Counted from the first letter of the stretch, positions 38,188 to 49,012 are shown. The stretch: DNA of 64,000 bases from Coleofasciculus sp. B1-GNL1-01 (GCA_040220235.1 JAVJTO010000063.1), one strand, 5' to 3'. Notes: generated by a model not told the origin, from the letters alone. Made by a program: numbers and translations.

Positions 38188-39498
38188 TTATCTCGCTTGC
38201 AAACTTGACTCAATTGTATAATCCTTTGATACTGGAATGGGTTCTACCAGCGAAAAGCCCAACAAACGCAGACCCCAACGCTCAAACCAAGGTACAGATA
38301 ACCCCCATCGCATCTTAGTTAAGAAAAATCGCTCAAAGGCAATCTTTAACCAGCTTACCCAACGACCGCGTTTGGCGATCGCACGTCGCCGTTGACCTGT
38401 TTTGGGATTAGGTAAAACGGGATCAGCTAAGAAGACAATTCCTGTATCACCAAAATCCGCCATACAAATCGCTGCTAAGGTTGGCGTCACCGATGCCGCT
38501 TGAATCACACCCAATTCTCTGGCAATATTGTGCGCCACCGCCATACCCATCGCCTCCGCCATTTGCCCCGTTTTTGGCACACCGATAGGCAATGGTGTCT
38601 TTTCCGGTGGCGATAACTGCACAACCACTCCCGCACTATAGATAGAGGGAAATGAGGGATGCTGATACGTCGGTAATACAGGTAGAAAACCCTTGTGATC
38701 ACTCAACCCAGGGACATCTCGGACAAAGCTTGGTCCCCGGAACGGCGGTAGCAGCATGGCGTAATGGAATGGTAGCCTATGACCTTCTGCTAAGGTGATC
38801 TGTTGGGGATGAATGGCAGTAATTTCAGCATTCTCAATCACCTCAATCTGCCGTTGGCGCATTAATTCAGTCACCAATTCCGCCGAATCTGCCATACCCC
38901 CAATTCCCAAATGACCCCCATAAGGTTCTGGGGTGACAAACGTAATCGGTACTTTTTCTCGCAATCCTTGTCGCCGCAGTATCCAATCGGCTAATAGGGC
39001 AAACTCATAAGCCGGTCCCATACAACTCGCACCCGGAACCGCCCCCACAACCAAGGGTCCAGGATTTTCCAGAAATTTCGCCCACGCTTCTTTTGCCATC
39101 AAAGCATGGTGAGGATTGCACACCGATTGGGTGTAACCGTTATCAGGTCCTAATCCTGGTATGGTATCTAGGGCTAATTCTGCTCCGGTAGCAATCACTA
39201 CATAGTCATAATTAATAGTTCTGTCTCCCACCCTTAACCATTGAGCATGGGGGTCAATATCCGTTACCTTACCTTGAACAAACTCAATTTGACGGGATTT
39301 TACCACAGAAGCAATATCTACTTGAATTCGCTGGAGTGGAGTTAAATTGAACGCAACCCACGGGAGAGAGGGAATAAACGTAAATTTAGGTTTGTCACAA
39401 ATTAACGTAATTTGGTGGACGTGAGGCAGGAGATGCCGCAGTTCGTAAGCGGTGGGTAGTCCGCCAATACCCGCACCGATTACCACAATATGAGCCAT
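38188..39498 (-). CDS. sqr: Sulfide:quinone oxidoreductase
   Basis: VIGAGIGG, FIPSLPW, TQSVC, GASCMGPAYE, PKTGQMAE, AICMADFGD (catalytic Cys pair), C-terminal K.AFE.FF..K helix. Confidence 0.92.
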   Translation of the reverse strand: MAHIVVIGAGIGGLPTAYELRHLLPHVHQITLICDKPKFTFIPSLPWVAFNLTPLQRIQVDIASVVKSRQIEFVQGKVTDIDPHAQWLRVGDRTINYDYVVIATGAELALDTIPGLGPDNGYTQSVCNPHHALMAKEAWAKFLENPGPLVVGAVPGASCMGPAYEFALLADWILRRQGLREKVPITFVTPEPYGGHLGIGGMADSAELVTELMRQRQIEVIENAEITAIHPQQITLAEGHRLPFHYAMLLPPFRGPSFVRDVPGLSDHKGFLPVLPTYQHPSFPSIYSAGVVVQLSPPEKTPLPIGVPKTGQMAEAMGMAVAHNIARELGVIQAASVTPTLAAICMADFGDTGIVFLADPVLPNPKTGQRRRAIAKRGRWVSWLKIAFERFFLTKMRWGLSVPWFERWGLRLLGFSLVEPIPVSKDYTIESSLQAR

Positions 39499-39531
39499 GA
39501 TTACACCACTGTTTATTAACACTATACAACT

Positions 39532-39549
39532 TTGTAACTATATTTACAA
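39532..39549. promoter_or_regulatory. Palindrome TTGTAA-N6-TTACAA (contains TGTA-N8-TACA, NtcA/CRP-family-like) upstream of sqr
   Basis: Seen 34-51 bp before the sqr ATG. Confidence 0.5.
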
Positions 39550-39730
39550 TCTATATGGACTGAGCCGCACTCCACGAACGCGAGATGCCAAAACGAAATA
39601 CCTTTACCCTGTAGGGGCGACCCGCTTGCATCAATCAACAACTGGCGTCCACTCAATCGGTTCGGGTCGCCCTCTACGAAGCATCACCAGCACCTGAAGT
39701 AGGTTAAGCACATCTCATACAACTTATTGC

Positions 39731-39760
39731 TTGACTAAATAGCCAAATAGCTATTAAACT
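39731..39760 (+). promoter_or_regulatory. Putative promoter TTGACT-N18-TAAACT with an AATAGC-N6-GCTATT operator in the spacer
   Basis: Directly upstream of the Rieske gene. Confidence 0.5.
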
Positions 39761-39805
39761 AATTAACAAATCGTAAATTTTTTTTACACAAATCGGAGGA
39801 TATCC

Positions 39806-40339
39806 ATGGAAGACAGTCTATCGATGCAAAGTCCCTCAATGTCTCGGCGACAGCTTCTCAACTTCCTCACCGGAGCAACTATCGCCGCTACAGCTAGCGC
39901 CGCCCTCTATCCAGCCGCTAAATTCTTTGTCCCACCCCAAGAAGGGGGCGCAGATGGTTCGATTATCGCCAAAGATAAATTAGGGAATCCCATCCCCGTG
40001 TCCCAGATAGTAGCCCAAGGTGCAGGTACCCGTGCTTTGGTCGCGGGTTTAGCAGGTGAACCGACGTATTTAACCGTTACCGACGATAACACCTTAGACT
40101 CAATCGGAATTGTCGATAACTGCACCCACTTAGGTTGTACCTTTCCTTGGAACAATATCGACCAACAATTTCAATGTCCCTGTCACGGGTCTCGTTATAG
40201 TCCCGATGGTTCTGTTGTCCGGGGTCCGGCTGACCGTCCCCTAAAACTGGTGCAGGTTAATATCGAAGGCGACTACATCCGCATAGCGCCTTGGACGGAA
40301 ACTGATCCCCGCACTGGGGAAACACCGTGGTGGGTGTAA
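39806..40339 (+). CDS. petC: Cytochrome b6f Rieske iron-sulfur subunit paralogue
   Basis: Tat signal SRRQLL, CTHLGC, CPCHGS, W.ETDPRTG..PWW; no petA downstream. Confidence 0.92.
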   Translation: MEDSLSMQSPSMSRRQLLNFLTGATIAATASAALYPAAKFFVPPQEGGADGSIIAKDKLGNPIPVSQIVAQGAGTRALVAGLAGEPTYLTVTDDNTLDSIGIVDNCTHLGCTFPWNNIDQQFQCPCHGSRYSPDGSVVRGPADRPLKLVQVNIEGDYIRIAPWTETDPRTGETPWWV

Positions 40340-40578
40340 ACTTTAATCATTTTGTCTGATACCAAGTTTGTATGACGTTGCACTTTTACCCCACCGCCTA
40401 CGGCACCTCCCTTTAGTAAGGGGAGGTTGGGAGGGGTGAATGAGTATTAGGGGCAATGTTATGAAGAAAGGGTATGGGATTTCCTGGTATTTCCCACGTT
40501 CCTATAGACTTTCGGTCAAATATGTCTACGGAAACAGCAACGTCATTGAATTTTAACATGTTGAATTGGAAATAACTT

Positions 40579-40956
40579 ATGAACTCTGTCTGTTCTTTTT
40601 CTCCTTCTGTCAAAGACTGTTCTCCCCAAGAATTTGTCCACTCTGCAAATCAGCCTTTACTTATCGATGTCCGCAGTGGGTTTGAATATGCCATGGGTCA
40701 CGCTCCCAGCGCAATTAACCTCAGTTTACCCCGCCTTATTATCGGCATGATCCCGATGTTTCGCCGCTGGGTTTTACCGCAATGGTTCCAAGATTTGCCC
40801 AAAGACAAACCCATTGCCGTTATTTGTTTAACCGCCCATCGCAGTCCTATTGCTGCCAAACAACTAGCTAAAGCGGGTTTTGCTAAAGTGTTTAACATCA
40901 CGGGCGGTATGGTGGAATGGCGACGGTTAGGCTTAGAGATTCAAACCAATTCGTAA
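40579..40956 (+). CDS. Rhodanese-domain sulfurtransferase
   Basis: IDVRS..EY..GHAPSA, CLTAHRS, GGMVEW. Confidence 0.92.
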   Translation: MNSVCSFSPSVKDCSPQEFVHSANQPLLIDVRSGFEYAMGHAPSAINLSLPRLIIGMIPMFRRWVLPQWFQDLPKDKPIAVICLTAHRSPIAAKQLAKAGFAKVFNITGGMVEWRRLGLEIQTNS

Positions 40957-41033
40957 GGGAATCGCTGCTAGGAAACAAGCTGGATGCTAACTTGCTACCA
41001 TGAAAGTTCCCTAATTGTGAATGGTAAATCGTT

Positions 41034-41720
41034 ATGGTCTTAAAAATACAACCCTGTTCAAACTGGTACAAACAATTATTTGCTTGGGGAATGGCGAAGG
41101 CAAACGCAGCCGATGAAAATGCTATTCAATTGGCAAATTGCAGTAGCCATTCTACCCTAGCTCAACTCAAGCAGGCTTTATTTGCCGACTTGCAGGGGAA
41201 AGTCTTAGAAATTGGACCAGGCGCTGGGGTTAATTTAGAGTATTATCCCACTGACATTCATTGGATAGGCGTTGAACCGAATCCCTTTATGCATTCCTAC
41301 CTGGAACAGGAAGCCGAACAGGTTGGGTTGAACAGGATTGATATCAAAAGTGGGTCGGCTGAACGGATTGAGGTTGAGGATAATAGTGTGGATGCTGTCG
41401 TCAGTACCTACGTTCTCTGTTCCGTCAGCAATCTTCCCGCAACCGTACAAGAAATTCGGCGAATTCTCAAGCCAGGAGGTCGCTTTTTGTTTGTTGAACA
41501 TGTGGCGGCTGAATGTGGCAGTTGGCAACGGCGGATTCAAGGTAGCATTGAGCCGATTTGGAAAACGGTGTTTGATGGGTGTCGCCCGAATCGGGAAACC
41601 TGGCTGGCATTAGAAAAGGCGGGATTTGAAAACCTAAATTATCAACAGTTTCAGGTTTCTTTTCCAATTGTTAGTCCTCATATTTCTGGAGTGGCTACTA
41701 AAAGTAGAGATGTGTCATAA
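41034..41720 (+). CDS. Class I SAM-dependent methyltransferase (METTL7/thiol-MT-like)
   Basis: VLEIGPGAG, DAVVSTYVLCSV, LKPGGRFLFVEH, GC..NRET. Confidence 0.88.
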   Translation: MVLKIQPCSNWYKQLFAWGMAKANAADENAIQLANCSSHSTLAQLKQALFADLQGKVLEIGPGAGVNLEYYPTDIHWIGVEPNPFMHSYLEQEAEQVGLNRIDIKSGSAERIEVEDNSVDAVVSTYVLCSVSNLPATVQEIRRILKPGGRFLFVEHVAAECGSWQRRIQGSIEPIWKTVFDGCRPNRETWLALEKAGFENLNYQQFQVSFPIVSPHISGVATKSRDVS

Positions 41721-41742
41721 CAGGAGTTTGGGAAAAGCCAGG

Positions 41743-42086
41743 GAGCCAAGAAATAAATTTCTGGCTTAAAGCTAAAGTAAGCTAAAGCTTACTGGATAAG
41801 TCTTTCTCAGTTCTCTAAAACCATTAAAACTATGCAACTCACGAAAAAAAATCTGCCTGAACGTCTGAATCATAAAGTCAGTCTTGTTTGCTTGTTGCGG
41901 GTGGAGACTCTTTAGGTTAAATGGCATGCTCCTTAAGCGAAATGTTGTTGGCTTGAGAGCCAAGAAATAAATTTCTGGCTCAAAGCTAAAGTAAGCTAAA
42001 GCTTACTGGATAAGTCTTTCTCAGTTCTCTAGAACTATTAAAACTATGCAACTCACGAAAAAAAAATTGCCTGAACGTCTGAATCA
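41743..42086 (+). repeat. ~130-bp direct duplication (41743-41872 / 41957-42086) of the upstream region and first 14 codons of the next gene
   Basis: Constant 214-bp offset; ATGs at 41832 and 42046. Confidence 0.9.
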
Positions 42087-43044
42087 CATTTATGATGCGA
42101 TTGTCGTCGGCGGCGGTGCCGGTGGATTTTCTGCTGGAATCTATCTGCAACGATTTCGCCTTTCAAGCTTAATTATTGATAAAGGCAAAGCTCGCTCATT
42201 CTGGATGCAGGAATTGCACAATTATTTAGGCTTACCACCGGATACTCCAGGTCGCGTTCTGTTGCAACAAGGGAAACAGCATTATACCTCTTTAAACGGT
42301 GATATGCTGAATGGTTATGTTGAAGAAGTGGTGGATGAGGGAGATAGGTTTGCCGTGCGGGTAAAGGTGGGTCGTAAAAATAGTATTTACCCCGTATTCC
42401 GCTCGAAATACTTAATTGCTGCGAGTGGCATTATCGACAATTTACCCCCTTTGGAGGATATGCAAAATGTCTTTGATTATGCAGGATATAACTTACACGT
42501 CTGTATGGTTTGTGATGGCTACGAAATGACAGATAAACAATGTGGTTTCATTGCGGGTAGTGAAGCCAGTATTGAAGAAATGGTGTTTAATCTCAGTTGG
42601 TTTACTCCTTATATCACCGTGTTCACTCATGGACTGTTTGCGGTGAGTGACTCAATGCGTTCTCAACTGCACAATCATGGTTATCGTTTGGTGGAAACCC
42701 CGATTAAGAAATTTCTGGGTGAAAATCACCAGATGACGGGAGTTGAGTTAGTGGATGGGTCAATTATTCCCTTAGAAACTGGATTAATTTCTATGGGGTC
42801 ACGCTATCACAATACTTATCTCCAAGGATTCAATTTAGATGTCAAGGGTAGTAATCTGATTACCGATAAAATGGGGCGGACGTCTCACCCGCGAATTTTT
42901 GCGATTGGAGACTTAAAAGTGGGGTTAAATCAAGTGGTTGTGGCGGCTGGAGATGGTGCTTTAGCAGCGACTCAGATTTGGCGAGATATTCGTCGGGAAT
43001 CCGGTTCTCGCCGCTGGGAGGAAAATCTAGCGGTTTCTGTTTAG
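42046..43044 (+). CDS. Thioredoxin-reductase-like NAD(P)/FAD oxidoreductase
   Basis: VVGGGAGG, CMVCDGYE (CxxC), TSHPRIFAIGD, AAGDG. Confidence 0.88.
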   Translation: MQLTKKKLPERLNHIYDAIVVGGGAGGFSAGIYLQRFRLSSLIIDKGKARSFWMQELHNYLGLPPDTPGRVLLQQGKQHYTSLNGDMLNGYVEEVVDEGDRFAVRVKVGRKNSIYPVFRSKYLIAASGIIDNLPPLEDMQNVFDYAGYNLHVCMVCDGYEMTDKQCGFIAGSEASIEEMVFNLSWFTPYITVFTHGLFAVSDSMRSQLHNHGYRLVETPIKKFLGENHQMTGVELVDGSIIPLETGLISMGSRYHNTYLQGFNLDVKGSNLITDKMGRTSHPRIFAIGDLKVGLNQVVVAAGDGALAATQIWRDIRRESGSRRWEENLAVSV

Positions 43045-43139
43045 TGAGCCGGAAGTCAATAACCAAAGCCTTGAGCAATGGTGCATTACTACAATTGCCC
43101 AAAATCAACAAACGAAAAACAACTCAATTAAGGATCAAA

Positions 43140-43637
43140 ATGATGAAAAGTAAAAAAATGATATCAGGATTAATCCTGGGATTATTACTGGTTTTAACTC
43201 TGCTAGGTGGTGTATTTTTGCCTAAATCTGCCCTAGCTGCCGTAGAATCTAAGGTGACGAGTCCACCTAGCGCAGAAGTCTATACAGCAGTCGATCAGTT
43301 GCTGAATTCGCTACCACGAGATTACTACACAGTAATGCAGGTAAAGCAGTTAAAGAACAAGCTCAAAAAGCGGGATAATGTCGTATTGGTTGATGTGCGA
43401 GAACCGTCTGAATATGATTCAGGACACATTCCTGGCGCTATTAATATTCCCGTGCGATCGCTCACCAAAAATTTGGATAAAATTCCCACGGATAAACCTG
43501 TAATTTTATACTGTTCGAGTGGGCATCGCACGGCAATTGGCATGACGGCGTTGCGGTTGTTAGGGTACACGAATGTTCGCAGTTTTCCTCCCAGTATTAA
43601 TGGCTGGAAGGCGGCTGGCGAACCGTTGGAAAAATAA
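43140..43637 (+). CDS. Exported rhodanese-domain protein
   Basis: Signal peptide ending SALA; VDVREPSEY..GHIPGA; YCSSGHR. Confidence 0.9.
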   Translation: MMKSKKMISGLILGLLLVLTLLGGVFLPKSALAAVESKVTSPPSAEVYTAVDQLLNSLPRDYYTVMQVKQLKNKLKKRDNVVLVDVREPSEYDSGHIPGAINIPVRSLTKNLDKIPTDKPVILYCSSGHRTAIGMTALRLLGYTNVRSFPPSINGWKAAGEPLEK

Positions 43638-43908
43638 GCCTGTTTAATTTCTTGAATTCCCCTAATAGGAATAAGAAGTATCTTAGACTACGGGAGACAG
43701 GGATCTCCCTATGTCATTCCCTTCCCAGAGTCGGCAAGGCGAAAGAAAGCAGATACACCCTGCCTTATTCAAGACCCTATATAAAATGCAGATGACCCTC
43801 TAAACCTTTGACGAAATAACGGCTCATTTTGTGTCATTGGTGGCAATAAATTTTAAAAGGAATGGTACGCTCAAGCCAGCTTGGGATAGGGGCTGGGGGT
43901 GAGGGCTG

Positions 43909-45852
43909 CTACCTCACCAACGTCTTCACCGTCAACACCTGTGGCGGTGTGGAATCGGGTGGATAAATAAATTCCACGTTTACCTTTCGCTGTTCCCCTG
44001 GCGCTAAATTTAACGTAACTAAGGGATCAGACGGTTGTCCCCGACGCTGCACTAAATGCACATAGCGTGTCTGACTTTCCCCTTGATTATCTTCATAAGT
44101 GACCCGAACCGTTCCCCGAAAAAAGACCTGATTAACGGTTGGATTCAAAAACAGTAATTTATCTGTGCCTGCCTCATCTTTTAATGGCGTTTGCATTGAT
44201 ACCGTAACCCTTTGAGATTGACTGGTTGTATTTTTCAGGGGTAACATTAAATTATAGTCTACGCCATAATTACTATGAGCATAATACGCCGTATCCGGAT
44301 AACGGGCTAGCATCGGCGCACTTTGAATTTGACCTGTATTTAACGTAATTAAATGCAGCGTCCCTAAGACATAGGAAAATGCCTCACCGGGTTGGGGAAT
44401 TCTTAGACTATCGGATTCTAAAGTATCGGTAATCTCTGCCAACCATTCGGTTCCTTGGGAAACCCCGGCAACTCGTCCAAATACTGTCGGTTCTCTAGGC
44501 GGGTCAAGGGGGGTTGGGGTCAGATTCCGGGGTTCGGCTAATTCTCCTTCAACTAACAAAGTTTGCCATTCCGCTAATGTCGGGGCGCGGTATGTCCTAT
44601 TCGAGTTTTGCGGCGCTTTCATGGCTAAATTAGCAACATAAACTGAACCATTACTCTGCAATCGCATCATCGTGGAACGCCCATTGGATGCAGGTGCGCG
44701 TCGGATAGGAATCGGCTGATTCATCAACAGTTGAGTTTGCCCTGCGGTTAAGACTAATTGTTCCGGAAATATGTCCTGACGCATCCCCCGCAGGATATCA
44801 TTCATCGTGCGACTACCGGGTCCCGAATAAATCTGACCATTGGGATTATCCACTATATCCGGTAAGTCAATAAATGGTGCATCAGGAGTACTTAAATAAC
44901 TCGCCGCTTGCAAAACCTCAATCGTTACAGGTTTATCGGTAGGATTGTGCAGCAGTAATCCCTGATACAGGGGACGGGTTTCTGCTTGAGTTTCTGCCCT
45001 AGCGATATGATGGGTAAAAATGTCGAACCGTCCTTGAAAGGGAAAGTTTAGATGGGCAGAAGGAATGCGCTTTCCGGTTGGGGGAAACGTGGATAACAAA
45101 ATTCCTTCACTTCTGACTAATTCGGGATAATTACTATTAAATGTGGGAACAGAATTCAGCCCTCCCGGTAATGTCCGCACCTGTTGAGGATGAATTTCAA
45201 CCCCAGCAATATACTCAGGCGGAACCGCATAAATATTTAACGCCCGACATAATAGCGCCGCAACTTCGCCCCGAGTCGCCCGTTGATTAGGGCGAAGTTG
45301 TCGTACTGTGGGATAATTCACCACCAGAGTATTCACCGCCGCCGCCGCGATCGCATTCCTAGCGTATCCTGGAATACCAGAGGCATCTTGGAAATACTGT
45401 CCCAGGGTAGAGTATGGATTACTGGGAATGCTGTAATTCTTCGCCCCCGCCAAAACCCCAATCGCTTGCACACGGGGAATCGGTTGACTGGGTTGAAAAA
45501 TCTGCCCCGGATAACCCGCGAAAAATTCCCGTTGATAAACATCCTGAATTGCCCGATATGCCCAATGACTCTGTGGTACATCTGTAAACGTGATCCCACT
45601 GCGTTTAACTTCGGCGTCGGGAAAGGCATTCAGCATCAACACTGCAAATTCTGCCCGGGTAATCGAACCATTGGGGCGAAACGTGCCATCTGGGTAACCC
45701 GTGACTAGGTTTCGAGATGCCATCTGGTTAATGCAATCCTTTGCCCAATGGGTTTGGATATCGGGGAATGCAGTAGCCTCGGTGGTTATCAGGCTAAAAC
45801 AGAAGGCAAGGAGAAGCGATTGAGAGATAGAGACGTGGAAACCTCTAGGCAT
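43909..45852 (-). CDS. SLH-domain + DUF3370 protein
   Basis: FPDIQTHWA..GYPDGTFRPNGSITRAE SLH repeats; FNSNYPE, LLSTFP, HSNYGV, YPPDSTPPQVLTV. Confidence 0.9.
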   Translation of the reverse strand: MPRGFHVSISQSLLLAFCFSLITTEATAFPDIQTHWAKDCINQMASRNLVTGYPDGTFRPNGSITRAEFAVLMLNAFPDAEVKRSGITFTDVPQSHWAYRAIQDVYQREFFAGYPGQIFQPSQPIPRVQAIGVLAGAKNYSIPSNPYSTLGQYFQDASGIPGYARNAIAAAAVNTLVVNYPTVRQLRPNQRATRGEVAALLCRALNIYAVPPEYIAGVEIHPQQVRTLPGGLNSVPTFNSNYPELVRSEGILLSTFPPTGKRIPSAHLNFPFQGRFDIFTHHIARAETQAETRPLYQGLLLHNPTDKPVTIEVLQAASYLSTPDAPFIDLPDIVDNPNGQIYSGPGSRTMNDILRGMRQDIFPEQLVLTAGQTQLLMNQPIPIRRAPASNGRSTMMRLQSNGSVYVANLAMKAPQNSNRTYRAPTLAEWQTLLVEGELAEPRNLTPTPLDPPREPTVFGRVAGVSQGTEWLAEITDTLESDSLRIPQPGEAFSYVLGTLHLITLNTGQIQSAPMLARYPDTAYYAHSNYGVDYNLMLPLKNTTSQSQRVTVSMQTPLKDEAGTDKLLFLNPTVNQVFFRGTVRVTYEDNQGESQTRYVHLVQRRGQPSDPLVTLNLAPGEQRKVNVEFIYPPDSTPPQVLTVKTLVR

Positions 45853-46051
45853 GAAATAGGCGTTCTGGATTAATTTACCGTTGTTGAAACATTTTTGGCA
45901 GAATTTGTTTCTGCGATTTGTCATTCGTCATACTCGCTATCGCGAGAAGCAAGCTACGTCATTCGTCATATCTCCCTCATCTTCCCCATCTTCCCCTGCT
46001 TCCCCTGCACCCCCTCTCTAACCCCAAGAGAAAATTTTTTTCGGAACTGGC

Positions 46052-46080
46052 TTGACAAATCCATAAATCTTCGTCACAAT
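46052..46080 (+). promoter_or_regulatory. Sigma70-type promoter of tRNA-Asp (TTGACA-N17-CACAAT)
   Basis: Consensus -35 with 17-bp spacing, about 20 bp before the tRNA. Confidence 0.75.
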
Positions 46081-46099
46081 AGAATTCGGCTCGGAAATT

Positions 46100-46173
46100 G
46101 GGACTGTAGTTCAATTGGTTAGAGCACCGCCCTGTCACGGCGGAAGTTGCGGGTTCGAGCCCCGTCAGTCCCG
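46100..46173 (+). tRNA. tRNA-Asp (GTC)
   Basis: GGGACTG/CAGTCCC acceptor stem, anticodon loop CTGTCAC, T-loop GGTTCGAG; CCA not encoded. Confidence 0.98.
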
Positions 46174-46377
46174 TAAAATGGTTAAAGAATGTAGGTCTAG
46201 TTGGCACAGAATCCAATGCCTACTCACTCAACCGCTACGGGGTGAGTTAGATTCGCAGTGAATCCAATGGCATTATCGTTTGTCTCAACCCCTCTACTGG
46301 CAACATCGAGATTTCTAGCTGAATTACGATGTCTTAATAATATAATTTTCGATAAATTATAGGATACTCAAGGTGTC

Positions 46378-47139
46378 ATGTTGCCATTCACGGGTTATGA
46401 CTCAAGCACTTACCCAATTTTCAATCAATGTCTTCAACGGTATTTTCCAGGTGCATTACCTATGGAAGATTACATGAAAAAAACTTTCCATTGTTTAAAT
46501 GCCCTGGGTTTTGAAGATGAAAATACAATGGGAATGGCAGCACTCTGTCGGGACGAAATTACTGATCCGTTACTTAATGAAGTCATTAAATACTGGGGGA
46601 AAACCTTTAATTGTTGTAGTCTTGCTGGGTTCGTGATGATGGGAAAAACGGGTTTAGCTGCCGCAACAGATCACGTTCCGATTTTCGATGGAATACGCCG
46701 CTTTACATTTTTAGCAATGCCTCATATTGCAATTTCTAGAGACGGAGAAATTGGCAAGGTTTATCGAGAAGGTATCCACAAAGCGTCTCATGCCTGTGGT
46801 GCATTAGAAACGATTGTAAACGAGTTAAAATCAGGACGTCTTAATCTGCAAATGGATATCGAGGATCTGGAACAATCTATTATCCGACAAAAAATACTGT
46901 CCACTATAAATTATGGAGACAAACCGAATTTAGTTGAGATGACTAAGTTGGCTTGTCAGATTATTTCTGATGATGTACAAACCCTCTTGCATCCTTTAGA
47001 TTCTTCTATATTTAAGTATGCGGTGATGACGGGTATTCAAATTCATGGTCCTATGGATACGAACTGGATCTATCCTCATAATTTTTATGTGGTGGGTGCA
47101 GATTTACCAGGAGGCAAAAAGTTTATTGAAGTGGTTTGA
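46378..47139 (+). CDS. LCIB/LCIC-like (beta-carbonic-anhydrase fold) protein
   Basis: LCRDE, LAGF..MGKTGLAAA..HVP, MPHIAI..GEIG, ACGAL, TGIQIH. Confidence 0.8.
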   Translation: MLPFTGYDSSTYPIFNQCLQRYFPGALPMEDYMKKTFHCLNALGFEDENTMGMAALCRDEITDPLLNEVIKYWGKTFNCCSLAGFVMMGKTGLAAATDHVPIFDGIRRFTFLAMPHIAISRDGEIGKVYREGIHKASHACGALETIVNELKSGRLNLQMDIEDLEQSIIRQKILSTINYGDKPNLVEMTKLACQIISDDVQTLLHPLDSSIFKYAVMTGIQIHGPMDTNWIYPHNFYVVGADLPGGKKFIEVV

Positions 47140-47337
47140 AAAAACATTTCGGGGAGGGGTGAGGGAGTGTTTAGCGCCTGATGATTAGCAAAGGTGGGTG
47201 ATTCTTCCTACTTTATCCGTGGGTAAATCACGTTAAGAACAGGCTCAAGTCAGCGCCAACGACAACTGAGCGCCGCTCTACGCTAGAATGAATAGCTGGA
47301 AAGTACTTAGCCCACCCTACCATCAGAGATTGATCTT

Positions 47338-48789
47338 GTGACTGTTAGAGTCCGTATTGCACCGTCTCCCACCGGAAACTTACACATCGGTACCGCCAGA
47401 ACCGCCGTATTTAACTGGCTATTCGCCCGACACCACGGGGGTCAGTTTATTTTACGCATCGAAGATACTGACCAGACGCGATCGCGCCCCGAATACACCC
47501 AGAATATCTTGGATGGATTCACCTGGTTAGGACTCAACTGGGATGAAGGACCAGTTTTTCAATCGAAACGGTTTGACCTGTATCACCACACCATTCAAAC
47601 CCTTTTAGATAACGGATTAGCCTATTACTGTTACACCACAGAAGACGAACTCAAGGCACTCCGAGACGCCCAAAAAGCCCGGAAACAAGCCCCTCGCTAC
47701 GATAACCGTCACCGCAATCTTACCCCCGAACAACGCACCGCCTTTGAAGCGGAGGGACGACAGCCGGTGATTCGGTTTAAGATTGACGATAATCGCGAGA
47801 TTGTCTGGAATGACCTGGTGCGCGGTAAACTCACCTGGAAAGGGAGTGATTTAGGTGGGGATATGGTCATTGCCCGCGCTGCATCCCAAGGTGAAATTGG
47901 TCAGCCTCTCTACAATCTAGCGGTCGTGGTTGATGATATAGAGATGAAAATCACCCATGTCATCCGAGGCGAAGACCACATTGCCAATACTGCCAAACAG
48001 ATATTACTGTATGAAGCCCTCAGCGCAACCGTACCCGAATTTGCTCACACGCCATTAATTCTAAATTCCCAGGGGCAAAAATTGTCTAAACGCGATGGCG
48101 TGACCTCGATTTCTGAGTTTCAGAACATGGGTTTTGTCCCGGAAGCCATGGCAAATTATATGACGCTATTGGGTTGGTCACCACCGGATTCAACCCAGGA
48201 AATTTTCACCCTAGAAGAAGCCGCCCAAGCGTTTAGTTTTGATCGGGTGAATAAAGCGGGAGCAAAGTTTGACTGGGATAAACTGGATTGGCTCAATAGT
48301 CAATATCTGCACAAAAAATCACCATCAGAATTAGTCGAGTTACTGATTCCCTATTGGCAAGAAGCGGGGTATGAGATTGACCCGGAAAATAATCGCCCTT
48401 GGTTAGAACGATTAGCGGCTGTGATTGGTCCGAGTCTGACGCGCTTACCAGATGCGGTGGAGATGACGCGGATGTTCTTTACCGACTCGGTTGAGTTGAC
48501 CCCAGATGCAATTGAGCAACTTAAAAAAGAAGGGGCTACAGATGTACTGAACGCGGTTTTGGACGCATTAGATAATACGCCGGAATTCAGTGCAGAAACC
48601 GCCGGACAAATCATTAAACAGGTAACAAAACAGCAAAAAGTGAAGAAAGGGTTAGTCATGCGATCGCTGCGGGCTGGACTTACGGGTGATGTCCATGGTC
48701 CTGATTTAATGGAGTCTTGGGTACTGCTGCATCAGAAAGGACAAGATAAACCCCGTTTACAGCAAGCCTTGAGTCAGGTGTCATCATAA
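47338..48789 (+). CDS. gltX: Glutamate--tRNA ligase
   Basis: [31 protein letters not shown]. Confidence 0.98.
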   Translation: MTVRVRIAPSPTGNLHIGTARTAVFNWLFARHHGGQFILRIEDTDQTRSRPEYTQNILDGFTWLGLNWDEGPVFQSKRFDLYHHTIQTLLDNGLAYYCYTTEDELKALRDAQKARKQAPRYDNRHRNLTPEQRTAFEAEGRQPVIRFKIDDNREIVWNDLVRGKLTWKGSDLGGDMVIARAASQGEIGQPLYNLAVVVDDIEMKITHVIRGEDHIANTAKQILLYEALSATVPEFAHTPLILNSQGQKLSKRDGVTSISEFQNMGFVPEAMANYMTLLGWSPPDSTQEIFTLEEAAQAFSFDRVNKAGAKFDWDKLDWLNSQYLHKKSPSELVELLIPYWQEAGYEIDPENNRPWLERLAAVIGPSLTRLPDAVEMTRMFFTDSVELTPDAIEQLKKEGATDVLNAVLDALDNTPEFSAETAGQIIKQVTKQQKVKKGLVMRSLRAGLTGDVHGPDLMESWVLLHQKGQDKPRLQQALSQVSS

Positions 48790-49012
48790 GTTGTTTGACA
48801 TTTAAACCTTAATGTCCAGAATGGCGAATTGTAGTGTGAGCATCTTTCTCACTATCTATACCCAACAAACATTGGGGAATCTTCAAAACTCTTAATATCC
48901 CGTATGGTGGGCATTGCCCACCAGCCTTAAATCAGTACCATTTAATTTAAGTGCTTTACAGCGCATTGCTATAAGCGCGATATAATCTGATAGCAATCTT
49001 GCCAATAATCCC

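Noticed and set aside
45977..46216. 79-aa ORF
   Set aside because: Antisense to tRNA-Asp.
46174..47337. tRNA-integrated island or prophage
   Set aside because: No integrase and no duplicated tRNA 3' end seen.
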